A stretch of DNA of 64,000 nt from Salinivirgaceae bacterium (lineage in GTDB: Bacteria; Bacteroidota; Bacteroidia; Bacteroidales; SZUA-534), in the NCBI GenBank assembly GCA_017527435.1, contig JAFXQB010000006.1, positions 106,982 through 170,981 of the forward strand. The letters run 5' to 3'. The first letter of the stretch is position 1. Each line of letters begins with the position of its first letter. Shown piece after piece: positions 20,001-28,000 of this stretch. The notes under the pieces were generated by a model. It saw only the letters and a list, made by a program, of their open reading frames with translations. It made no database searches and was not told where the DNA came from. The position numbers and the translations under genes are program-made.

Positions 20001-23000
20001 GAATACTCCGCCTTGATAGGTTGCCGTAATGTTGCGTTCTATCGACAATACGGGCGTAGCGTTAGAGCCCTTGTCGCAAGTCAGAGTGTAGAGTGTAATG
20101 TTGCCCGCACCTTTGATTGACGCATCGGCTGTGCCAGTAAATGTTGTGGCAACTTCCTGATTACCATTTACAAAATTCAATTCTCCATCAACATTCATAC
20201 TGCCGTAAATGGTGAGTTGGTTTGTGAAATTGGCATTCCGCTTAATGTTGAAATATGCGCCACTGGCCACATTTACATCACCTTTAACAATCAGATTTTG
20301 AGCTGAATAGCTATAGAACGCCAATGTTCCAGATTCAACGTTCAATTTGCCATCAACCGTAACCGTGTGCGTTGCAGCAGCTGTGTTGAAGCGGTTATAA
20401 TAATTGTTGGACTCACCGCTCGATGTCAAGTCGCCAAAAACTTGAATATTGGTGTTTGGCATTGTAACATAGTGCGTTCCCGTAGCAGTCAGCACCAAAT
20501 TGTTATATTCCACTGGGCTTGTTGGCATTGTAATATCAGCACCGGTGGCTCTATATTCAACAGTTCCGCCGCCGGCACCCAAAAAATCACCGAAATCGCC
20601 ATCAGGGAAATAATTGCTACTGCTGATGATGATTGTACCGGTTCCATCAATATCACCTTCGGCCAAAAGACCAAAATTATGCCCCTGAACGTCACGCAAA
20701 TCGAGCTCCGAGCCGCCTGCAATGTTAAGACTGCCGCTGCTGCCAGGGTCGCGGGTTGTGTATACGTTGTGCGAGTGCGTGGCATCGCCTATCACAACAA
20801 TGGTGTTGCCTCCCGGAATACCTGCGCCACCTGCGCCGCCCACTACGTCCGATGCCCACGTCGATGGGTCGTTCCATTCACCCGATTTTGCGCTAAAGAG
20901 CCGCTCGGGCGCTTTCGAAAAGGCATTGGCGACACCGCAAGTGAAATCGCCATCAATCGATGCGCAACTTTCCCAGTGGAAAGTATTGTTGTTTTGGTCA
21001 ACAAGCGATGTGTTGTTGTTCGGATACCATATTCCAACATTGTAATAGGCTGGCACATAGGTATTTTCGGCTGTTCCTACAAGGCTTTGCACATAGCTGT
21101 AATAGTGGTTGACCGATGTTACACCATCGAAACCGTTGCTCTTGTTGTGCCAATAGGCTTGCAGCACGTCGAATTCATCGCTCAATACGTAATGACGCCC
21201 GTTCACAGGGCGGCTTGTGATTGAGCCGTATGTGGTTGGCTCCACATCAACATCGATTGTCGCCGGCAGATAATTGCCACCAAAGCCGAACGGGAATGTG
21301 AACGAATGGTTCAGATTGCCGTAGAGCTTGGTAATACCGCCATCGCTGTTGTTGCCAGCCGTTTGAATCATTTTTGTGGCTGAGAAATTGGCTCCCGAAG
21401 CGTTGTCGGAATAGATTGCGGCACCAGCATCGCACAAATTCAAATTGTAGGTACCAATATTGAAAACGGTATTGCTGATGAGCCGCAAATTGCCAGTCAT
21501 GGCGGTGTTGGCTGTCATAGTCAGTGTTCCGCCCGTTTTGTTAATGTTCAGGTTGTTGAACGTGCCGTGCCCGTCACCGCCAATGGTTTGGTTAGCAGTG
21601 CCGCCAAGCAGAATGCCGCCTGTGGCCGAGTTTGAGTTGTAGTGCACACCGCTGTTGTTCACGAGGTTTCCGTTCACAGACAAGGTGTTTTGATTGTCGT
21701 AGAGAATGGCGTCGGCATCGAGCTGCAAAGTGCCGCGCAGTGTTACAGAATTTTGCAGATGAAGGTGCGCGTTTTTACTGACAGTAAGATTATTAAATCC
21801 ATTTGTAATAGTGCCGCCAATGGTTAAGTTTTGCTCATTGCCAATGCCGTTGAAGATGGTTGTGTTAGTGCCGGGCGTGTAAATGGCCGTTGCCTCAACG
21901 CTGAAGTTGCCGTCAACCATAACGTTTTGATTGTTGGCGTTCAGCACACCATTATTGTGGATTGTCAAATCGTTCAAAACAACAAGCGGTTGAATTTCAA
22001 CATCTTCACAACCGCTGTCGCCATTGTCATCGAATTCCCTGATTTCCACACGGTTATTGTTGTTAAACCCTTCGATTTCAAGATTCCAAAGTGGCGCAGT
22101 ACTTGTGAAATACAAATCGTGGTTGGTGTTATTCCAACGCGCGCCAAGTATTCTAACTGTTCCACCCGTAATACTGCAATTATCTTTATCAGACCCTATT
22201 ACAAAGGCCCAGCCTTGGGCGTTCCCGCTATCGGTTCCTCTTTCTATCACAAGATAGCCGCCGTGCATATTGAAACCGCTGGTTGTATGGGTAAGACCTA
22301 ATGTCGGGAAATTGTGCTTGTCCGAACCGTTTCCAGTTAATATAAATGTTCCGTCATTTATTGTGATTGACCCCACGTGTGTTCCATCGGCCTTCGATGT
22401 GCGTAGCATTGTGGTTTCAATTGTGCCAGCGTCAATCGTAATGTTAGCCGTAGTACGGTAAACAATACCTTGACTTGTTTCTGTGGCATCCAGTTTGCTT
22501 TTTGCATTCGACACGTGCAGATTGCCGTGTACATAGAACGAAAAACAACCGCCAACCGTAACATCAGCCCCATCAATCCAAAGACAAGTGCCTTCGTCGA
22601 GTTTGTAGCCATAATTGCCATCATTCATCAGAGCCCCGATTTTAATGTGCGAGCCCAACCGCATCGTTCCACCTTCAATGGCTAATGCTAGGAAATACTG
22701 CGATGTGGTATGTGTTGAATTTCCATAATTCCATCCCGTTCGCGGCCCCATTAGTTGGAACTGGCCTTCGGCCGCGGCATCAATGTTGAGCGTGTGAGTC
22801 TGGTCAGAGCCCTTTTGCACGCGAATACTATAGAATTTCGTCGGTCCGTTTATCGTAACATTCTGGTCGCCAGTGGTATTGGTAAAGAATACATTGGTAA
22901 CATTGCTGTACGCCGTGCCATAGTTTTCTGCCGCTTGATTGGTGAACGACACATTGCCATTGTTGGTGAAATTGCCTTGCAGTTCAAGTTTATGGCCATT

Positions 23001-24836
23001 GTGAGTACCATTGGTGAACGTGTGTGTTGAACCATCTCGTGAAACATTGGTCGTGCCAGTTGTTATGCTACCAGCCGACTCCACTGTCAAATCGTCCACA
23101 ACGGTGATTGTGCGGCCATAGTTGTTATTGCCAATCCGGAAGGTTCCGCGATTGATTGCGAAATCGCCATTTACCGTAAGATTACTACCCAAAGTGGCTA
23201 TTCTATTTGTTGCAGACAGGTTGATAACCAAATTATTATAAATGGTGCGGCCTGTTGGCATAATAAAGTCTGCAGCATTATTGTACTCAATAGTGCCACC
23301 GCCAGCACTGACAAAAGTGTTGAACGTGCCTCCGGGAAATTCGGCCGATGCCAGTTTCAATGTGCCTTGGCCCTTTACCGTACCTAAATTATGCCCTGTT
23401 ACTGCACCCAAATCCAAAGTGCCACCACTGTAAAGTGTGAGCGACGTCAAACTCACACTGCCGCTCCTAACTGTTATGACATCAGGGTTTTTGATTACCA
23501 CACGCGAGCCGGCGGTTGGACCTGTTGCAGGCGCGTTACTGCCCGTACGGTCGATTCCGGCCGGGTCGAAAGTCCACGAGTTGGCATTTTCCCAATCGCC
23601 TGTTGTAAACGAGTAGTAGGTCAGAATATCCTCGCAGGCTGTCCATTTGCATTCGCCCGCAGGCGGTGTGCAGTTGGCAAAGGTAATGGTTGGCGATGAG
23701 TAGCCGCTTGCACCTACCGCCCATTTCTTCAACCCCGAGCCCGAATCGTAATAAGGGTAAAGAGTGCCGGAAACACCATCATTGGCTATATGTGTGAAAG
23801 TCAGCGTTACATTGCTGATGTTTTCTGCTACGGTTGTCCAGTAGCATTTCAAATCGGTATCTTTGCCTTCAACTGCAGGACTATTAGTTGGCCGCACGCT
23901 GAACGAACTTTCGGCTGTTGTTGTACCTGTGATGGTTGCCATACGGATTCTGTATGCATTTCCAGCTTCATTTACGTTGCCTACAGGTATTGAAACGGGT
24001 TCGGTATCATCAGCCGGGTTGGTTCTAAACCGCGACAAATTGCCCTTAAAGGTTACAAAACCCATTTCTGCTTGATTAGGAAACACGAAACAATGGTTGT
24101 TGGAAAATGCCGTAGTACTTGAAATGTTGGCAGTGCTATTAAGCGTGAACGAGTAGCCATCTAGCGATATACGATAGTTGTTCCATGTTAATGTTCCGGT
24201 CACAGTCACATCACCGCAAAGCGTTGAATGGCCATTTACTGTCAAATTTGTGTATGTTCCGCCAGGAATTGAAGATGTTGCTGTGAAGTTGTCTGCTTGT
24301 ATATTGAAGCTACGACACGAATTGATAGCCACATTTGCGTTATTCTCTAATTTCAATGTGCCATTGAACCCTTCCATGTTGCAGTTTAATGTTCCTCCTT
24401 TGACAATTATAGTTCCAGAACCAGTAATTCTTGGATTGGCGGTAGAAGTGATGTTTGCTATCTCAATAGTTCCATTTACTGTTAAAGTTGTATTGTTTCC
24501 ACTTATATTAAGTGTTCCTCCAATTGACAATGAATTACCTGCCGGGATTATAACAGTACCTGCCGAAAAAGTGAAGTTATTACATTCCGCATTTTCAATA
24601 TTTATTGTTAATGTGCGGTTTCTACTAACTGTTATGTTATCTGTAGCTGTTGGTGTAATTGTTTGTCTATTCACCCACGCTCCGTATGCATTCCAGTCGT
24701 AATTATTGTTTCGCATTGTATAATCCGCCCCCCAAACATCCCCACACAACCCCGCCACAATGGCAACAACAAGACAAAATGATTTAAGGCATTTAGACAA
24801 AATGCCCTTACCCGTATTTATGACCGAACTTTTCAT
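14040..24836 (-). CDS. giant (3598 aa) secreted repeat protein, T9SS cargo, adhesin-like with beta-helix-type repeats
   Basis: It is a single uninterrupted ORF. It has an N-terminal signal peptide (KSFCLVVAIVAGLCGDVWG), long Asn/Thr/Gly/Ser-rich repeats of the NLT(V/I)xxG type, Ig/PKD-like modules and a C-terminal T9SS sorting domain. Confidence 0.85.
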   Translation of the reverse strand: MKSSVINTGKGILSKCLKSFCLVVAIVAGLCGDVWGADYTMRNNNYDWNAYGAWVNRQTITPTATDNITVSRNRTLTINIENAECNNFTFSAGTVIIPAGNSLSIGGTLNISGNNTTLTVNGTIEIANITSTANPRITGSGTIIVKGGTLNCNMEGFNGTLKLENNANVAINSCRSFNIQADNFTATSSIPGGTYTNLTVNGHSTLCGDVTVTGTLTWNNYRISLDGYSFTLNSTANISSTTAFSNNHCFVFPNQAEMGFVTFKGNLSRFRTNPADDTEPVSIPVGNVNEAGNAYRIRMATITGTTTAESSFSVRPTNSPAVEGKDTDLKCYWTTVAENISNVTLTFTHIANDGVSGTLYPYYDSGSGLKKWAVGASGYSSPTITFANCTPPAGECKWTACEDILTYYSFTTGDWENANSWTFDPAGIDRTGSNAPATGPTAGSRVVIKNPDVITVRSGSVSLTSLTLYSGGTLDLGAVTGHNLGTVKGQGTLKLASAEFPGGTFNTFVSAGGGTIEYNNAADFIMPTGRTIYNNLVINLSATNRIATLGSNLTVNGDFAINRGTFRIGNNNYGRTITVVDDLTVESAGSITTGTTNVSRDGSTHTFTNGTHNGHKLELQGNFTNNGNVSFTNQAAENYGTAYSNVTNVFFTNTTGDQNVTINGPTKFYSIRVQKGSDQTHTLNIDAAAEGQFQLMGPRTGWNYGNSTHTTSQYFLALAIEGGTMRLGSHIKIGALMNDGNYGYKLDEGTCLWIDGADVTVGGCFSFYVHGNLHVSNAKSKLDATETSQGIVYRTTANITIDAGTIETTMLRTSKADGTHVGSITINDGTFILTGNGSDKHNFPTLGLTHTTSGFNMHGGYLVIERGTDSGNAQGWAFVIGSDKDNCSITGGTVRILGARWNNTNHDLYFTSTAPLWNLEIEGFNNNNRVEIREFDDNGDSGCEDVEIQPLVVLNDLTIHNNGVLNANNQNVMVDGNFSVEATAIYTPGTNTTIFNGIGNEQNLTIGGTITNGFNNLTVSKNAHLHLQNSVTLRGTLQLDADAILYDNQNTLSVNGNLVNNSGVHYNSNSATGGILLGGTANQTIGGDGHGTFNNLNINKTGGTLTMTANTAMTGNLRLISNTVFNIGTYNLNLCDAGAAIYSDNASGANFSATKMIQTAGNNSDGGITKLYGNLNHSFTFPFGFGGNYLPATIDVDVEPTTYGSITSRPVNGRHYVLSDEFDVLQAYWHNKSNGFDGVTSVNHYYSYVQSLVGTAENTYVPAYYNVGIWYPNNNTSLVDQNNNTFHWESCASIDGDFTCGVANAFSKAPERLFSAKSGEWNDPSTWASDVVGGAGGAGIPGGNTIVVIGDATHSHNVYTTRDPGSSGSLNIAGGSELDLRDVQGHNFGLLAEGDIDGTGTIIISSSNYFPDGDFGDFLGAGGGTVEYRATGADITMPTSPVEYNNLVLTATGTHYVTMPNTNIQVFGDLTSSGESNNYYNRFNTAAATHTVTVDGKLNVESGTLAFYSYSAQNLIVKGDVNVASGAYFNIKRNANFTNQLTIYGSMNVDGELNFVNGNQEVATTFTGTADASIKGAGNITLYTLTCDKGSNATPVLSIERNITATYQGGVFLNLLNGTFRADGEGVNIDITRDSDLDIASTACLSVKAGTFNVCNTNNHDRNVLLHGKIEVLGGDLNIGNGGGNDIECSLSQSYIDVQGGTLTVGGQIRRSYNAIIGDLHYSQSGGTVIIWGIDRVNEIETKRRGLIEVCNNGSFNMTGGTLTIAGGSHNNADYADILLTPATSSATGGTLVIGTNTSASQTFHLNASAQLGGILVGTENVTQILKLITNHVDINGSLYVDKNSTFNANGYNVNIAGNLFSYYSGGFVADGTGQITTFDGTTMQTISGNNGTTNISFSNLTISNPTTTQLSVGKATVNNLLTISRGALDDGGNTITVKGNVVNDSRHISSVGGGSLTFNGNGEQEMASSSGRSGTYGNIVIKERVELKNPIVITGRVTLNNDIYANDFQVSLMQNSIFDNASTGMIIVNGSIGDAGVRKYFADGFSGEFLFRIGVPNQYTPAAYNFSSAVTSSNGYINVKPMNSRHAAIANMPKTYLSYYWMVNTSGLSGYTVTHEYYYTDELLTIDPNGTEDDMMAQCFVDGKWKHFQTDGAIDSDANKISINGIDMLDGEFTAGFPSYSQLSTYYSRVETGDWTTPETWQYYDEGGNLTTAETAPNGNPIVIRSGHTITINGNLPQCAYSVDIEEGATLNIGSTLGHNLGIVRGGGTMRLEEISGGGVYSFMIPAGKYDEFFANPTSTINFHGDHNAVLPAKPGNYEKPLQNVIFSGNGAKTITANVFSVKGYVQIENGSHLTNTNRDFYIGGNFIDQNTTTTGYTKGTSRVIFNGTDRQNINILTDADFYNLKIDNSAGVDVTNGGTATNNVIVSNIMTLTNGNFITSSDALIALTNTSENAISGGGESSFVDGPLRKRMSTSGNFTFVVGSGERYGKVVLSNITNSGSTNADWTVEYRNADPEEVNPSATYDVMELGGISDNEYWIVTRPNSSSSAKVGLRWDDQSCPMFTTYPQIQQRLKLVEYDGTGVWSVRASTLSGTATAGNITTTAAVTQDNYIFTLGYAGVIAAITTLETQQICNDGEQAAKISVSLSGTAPFTLTYAVDGVSHTQAGITESTYNITRNSSQLNSMVGLHTVSLVSISDASETGAISPITGSIEVLTAYTPTFTDGGGVGVAGTGELRTYEVVNHEGSTYSWAWDGGGPELSVSGNSASATYSTAGTYTLVVTEVASTTCEMRNTLVITVDNTPQPTFTAELNICAGDEITYATANNAGHTYKWYIDGVLKSTSSSFTMNWTGYSGDHEIVVEEINGSAVGSHPETITIYAEPSAATIEDISSVCTGNTSTVTISSTESNVTYRLYRSDADNAINTLSGNGLSQNFTVPAIAVAGTVQLYVEASNPGCVVRIPKSGYETLTVNQTPGATLTWPTFYYGVESEVTLNDVVGAPLTTYNIDFTDGTNNEGFVSEGIKVTATGDIAGTITISNANCSTDIPFSELMADGYVWSGKVSSEWENTGNWYSRAIPTSEHDAIIRTASRLPIISGNAEAKSVKIESGELTISGSNTLDVYGDWANSVGNAGFTAGQSTVAFKNNAVINGSTAFNTISNESGNTLTISSDGYVTVNGNVENAGTLTGGAGSTLEMAGTNDAVLAAGTYNLANLTINKPQDKKTTAASNLTVNGVLAINGGVLNMNGNTLTLGASATASSDNKYAYVDGTITKIGTTSVTFPIGNNGRRAMVRIDPEIANSSTRFTAGYTYVPKDPYAEPTAPDPMDAEMVRVSKMDNWQISGSNGASAYVTLYWDDGDISEITKLEFLTIAHWNGSRWEMLPATATGSPKTGQIRTNAPVSSFSPFTFGSTEVTENPLPVEIVDFTGLQSDNTVVLEWTTLSEKDNDFFEIERSTDGINFATIGFVQGAGNSAEKLAYNFADNAPESGRAYYRLSQVDYDGTRSYADRLVCVVYAADRDIRLTIVPNPTRGLFNVLVKGASEGVAKLLSQNGKPIRIVEIHLSDELIDISDLPNGIYILQYQTGDNVVHERVVKL
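14043..14279 (-). other. T9SS (Por) C-terminal sorting domain of the giant protein
   Basis: The last 79 aa read DRDIRLTIVPNPTRGLFNVLV...LPNGIYILQYQTGDNVVHERVVKL. This matches the type A CTD pattern (xPNPxxG...L...GxYxxx...K). Confidence 0.75.
15615..23600 (-). repeat. protein-level super-repeat with ~870-910 aa period, anchored by four [GS]-[DE]-W-x5-W motifs
   Basis: The anchors are GDWENANSW (23574-23600), GEWNDPSTW (20856-20882), GDWTTPETW (18231-18257) and SEWENTGNW (15615-15641). Spacings are 2718, 2625 and 2616 nt. Units 1-3 also share GHN[LF]G, and units 1-2 share GGGT[IV]EY. Confidence 0.75.
15700..16965 (-). other. array of Ig-like/PKD-like modules inside the giant protein (approximate bounds)
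   Basis: ~90-aa units recur with Cys...Gly...Tyr patterns, for example GSTYSWAWDGGGPELSVSGNSASATYSTAGTYTLVVTEV and ICAGDEITYATANNAGHTYKWYIDG. Confidence 0.6.
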
Positions 24837-24866
24837 AGCCGTATGATTTTAACCCCCATTATCTTA

Positions 24867-24874
24867 CAAAGATA
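24867..24874 (-). promoter_or_regulatory. '-7' box TATCTTTG for the giant gene
   Basis: A perfect TAnnTTTG on the minus strand lies 30 nt upstream of the ATG at 24836. Confidence 0.4.
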
Positions 24875-25079
24875 CAATATCTTGATATTTAAGACGCTGT
24901 CTTATAATGGTATACGCGCCAAAACGCGAAACAGTTTGACTATTTGGCGTAATAATGGGATAAAGCGGCTGTTTTTAGTGTCTATCAGTCAATTATTGTA
25001 GACATTTGTTTTGGGTGACGCAGGGGGAAGCAGCGCATTCCGAAAGCGATTTGTCTTTACTTTTTCCTTCTTTCAGCGC

Positions 25080-28000
25080 TTAATTTTTCCGCAGAATATA
25101 AATCGTATTCGATGTGTAGCGGTCGTTCTGAATGGTCTCAACGGTCATTCCGAGTGCGGCGGCAATCTGGCGCATCCGCGTTTCCGACAGGAAGCAGAGC
25201 CGCTCTTCGGTCTTGTTGAACTTGATGATGCGCGTCGACATCAGTTCGGTGAAGCGCGTCAGGCGGTGGCGCTGCTGCTCTTCGGTGTTGCCGTCGCGGA
25301 TGATAATCTGGCCGCCGTCGGCAAGGGCTGCCACGCACTTCTCAATCAGTTGCTGCTGATGGTCGGCGCTCATATAGTGCAGCATATCGTTCATTATGAA
25401 CACGTCGCTCTGCGGCAGCGGATATTCGAGCGCGTTGGCCTGCTCGAACCGCAGATGGCAGTGCTGGCGAAGCCATCCGTGCTGCGCCACGGCAATCTTG
25501 TCGTCGTCGTAGTCGATGCCCAGAATGTCGCGGTCGGCCGATGTCTGCGCAAGCATATAGCACAGCGGGCCGAAACCGCAGCCAATGTCGGTGATGCGGG
25601 CGCGGCGCGGTATCAGTTTGTCGAACAACTCGTAGTTGCCTTCCATACGGATTTTCACGCGCAGATACCACTCTTCGACAGGTCCTTTGAAGATGAAATT
25701 GTGCATTATGCGGCTGTGGATGGCCGTGCTCGATGTGGTTGTAAGTTCGTCGTAGAGTTTCTGGTATTCGGCTTTGAACCAGGCCGATATGCGTTTGGTT
25801 CGTTCCTGGTAGGTGTCGCCCCACGAGCGGTCGGTGTGGCTGATGCGCGGCAAGACGCTCACCACAATCTGTCCGCGCCGAACCATAAACGGCTGGTTTT
25901 TGGGTATCACGTCGCCAGTGCCGTAGAGCAGCACGGGCACAATGTCGAGCCCGAGCGTGTCGGCAAGCATAAACGCGCCTTTGTGGAAGCGCCCGATGCG
26001 TCCGTCGGCCGAGCGTGTGCCTTCGGGGAAGATGACCACCGAAAAGCCTTCGCCGATGCGCTGCCGCACTGTTTCCTGATTCAGTTCAACGCCGTCGCCC
26101 GTGAAGATGAATCCCGCATAGCGTATGAGTCCGCCGAACACAGGCGACCGCCACACCCATTTGTTGGTCACCATCACCACGCGCGGCGACAAGGCCAGCA
26201 TCGACAGTATGTCCATAAACGACTGATGGTTGGCGATGACAACGGCGGGGCGGTCGAAAACTGTGCTGTCAACGAGCCGTTTGCTGTACCGCACCTGTCG
26301 CGACACAGCAAAAACAAATCGGCACGCCAGGTTCATCAGTCGGCAGATGAGCCGCCGCTTCCATATCCGCCTGACGGGCACCACGTACATCACGAAAGTG
26401 AGCAGCCGCAGCACAACGCAGCTCAGCACAAAGGCGCCGAAACCGATGAAGGTCAGCAGCACGTCGGCCACGGTGTACGGCATATTGCCCTTTGCGGCGG
26501 GGTTGGCAATGAAGAAGTTGAAGATGATGGGCTGAATGGTGAAGGCCACAAGCACCACAGCCAGCATTCCGAACACCGAAAGCAGTGAAATGGACTGAAG
26601 CGCAGGATGTTGCGCGAACACCAGCGCGCCCATTCCCACCACAATGGTGAATGCAGAGCAGAAAATGGCTGTTTTGTGCGAGTCAAGTGTTTGACGGCCA
26701 GTGCGATACTTGCTCTGAAGGCCGTCCATTATGAATATGCTGAAATCGTCGCCAATGCCGAATATGAAGGTCGAAAGAATGATGTTGATGATGTTGAACT
26801 CGATGCCGAACAGCCCCATCATTCCTAAAATGATGAACCAACTGATGAGCATCGGCAGGAAACTCATCAGCGTGAGTTCGAGCCGACCGAACGAGATGAG
26901 TAACGCAAAGAAAATCAGGAACGAAGACGTGAACAGAATCCAATTGAAGTCGTCGTTCACAGCGTCAATCCATTGGCCAGTGAAGAAGGCGCGGTCGAAA
27001 ATCACCATATCGCGGCTGTCGCTCATCAGGCTGTAAACCTGCTGTTTGCACGTGTCGGCCAGGCGCACTTGCGTGATGAGCATCTTTGAGTTGTCTGACG
27101 GCACCTGCCATTCCTGCATCAGCGTTCCGAACGGGCCGTCGGTGCGGCTCAGGTCGACGGGCTCGAAATCGCCGTCGAACCATCGGTGGAAACTGCTGAA
27201 GGCGTTGGCTTTGAAGTGATAACGCTCGGCTTCGCTCTGCAGCGATTCGTTCAGAATCTGGCGGCGTTCCGTTGTCCAGAAATCGCGCCACAGCGCAATG
27301 CGCCGCTTCTGCTCGCTGGGGCTCACCACAAATCGGCTGGCCGATGCGTAGTCGCGAATCAGCCCCGCCTGCCGCAGGCTGTCGAGTCGGGCGTTGATGC
27401 GGTTGTAGACGGTCAGCACCGAATCGTCGGTGGGGGCCACGCTCACAAACATCACTGTCTTCTCATCGCCGTCGTAGTACGATTCCAACTTCTCACGGGC
27501 AGCCTTCAGGTGCTCGGGCTCGTAGTACATATCCATCAGGCTGCTGTTGAAGCGCACGTGGCCCGCGGTGAAGCAACTCACCGCAATCACAACCAGCAGC
27601 GCGCCCACCAGCCAGCGGTTCCGCTCGTAGTGGTAGGCGTTGATTTTTTCGATGAACCGCAGCATCCGCCCGCGTTTCACATCGGCCTGACCTTTAAGGA
27701 AATGCGGCAGAAAAATCAGGCAGAAAAGTGTGGTGCCGATGAGCGTGAGTGAAGCGAAAAGCCCGAAATCGCGCAGCAGCGCCGACGATGTGAAAACCAG
27801 CGCAAAAAAGGCGCCGATGGTGGTGAAACTGCCCACTGTGAGCGGGTAGGCCAGTTCGTCGATGAGTTGCTCGACGGTGCGCACGTGGTTCTGGTGCGCC
27901 AGCATATGGATTGAGTAACTCAACGCAATGCCGATGACCGCCGCGCCCGCCCCGATGGCTATTGATGAGATTTCGCCTTTCAGCAGGGCGATGAGCGCCA

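Noticed and set aside
14240-24702. Dozens of 60-285-aa ORFs lie on both strands inside the giant gene, for example 20367-21224 and 24178-24702.
   Set aside because: All are nested in one continuous 3598-codon frame that has a signal peptide at one end and a T9SS CTD at the other. The alternative frames give repetitive, motif-less peptides.
24856-24910. A 7-bp inverted repeat (CCATTAT/ATAATGG) flanks the giant gene's '-7' box, suggesting a possible invertible phase-variation promoter.
   Set aside because: The repeats are too short and enclose only ~41 bp. Known Bacteroidales invertons have longer repeats around a few hundred bp. No site-specific recombinase gene is nearby.
25011-26588. A 525-aa plus-strand ORF lies antisense to the trifunctional gene. 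Other antisense ORFs lie at 27186-27752 and 28548-29261.
   Set aside because: The translations are Arg/His/Ala/Gly-rich and featureless. The opposite strand encodes recognisable HX4D, FPEGTR and SAM motifs. I treat these as shadow ORFs.
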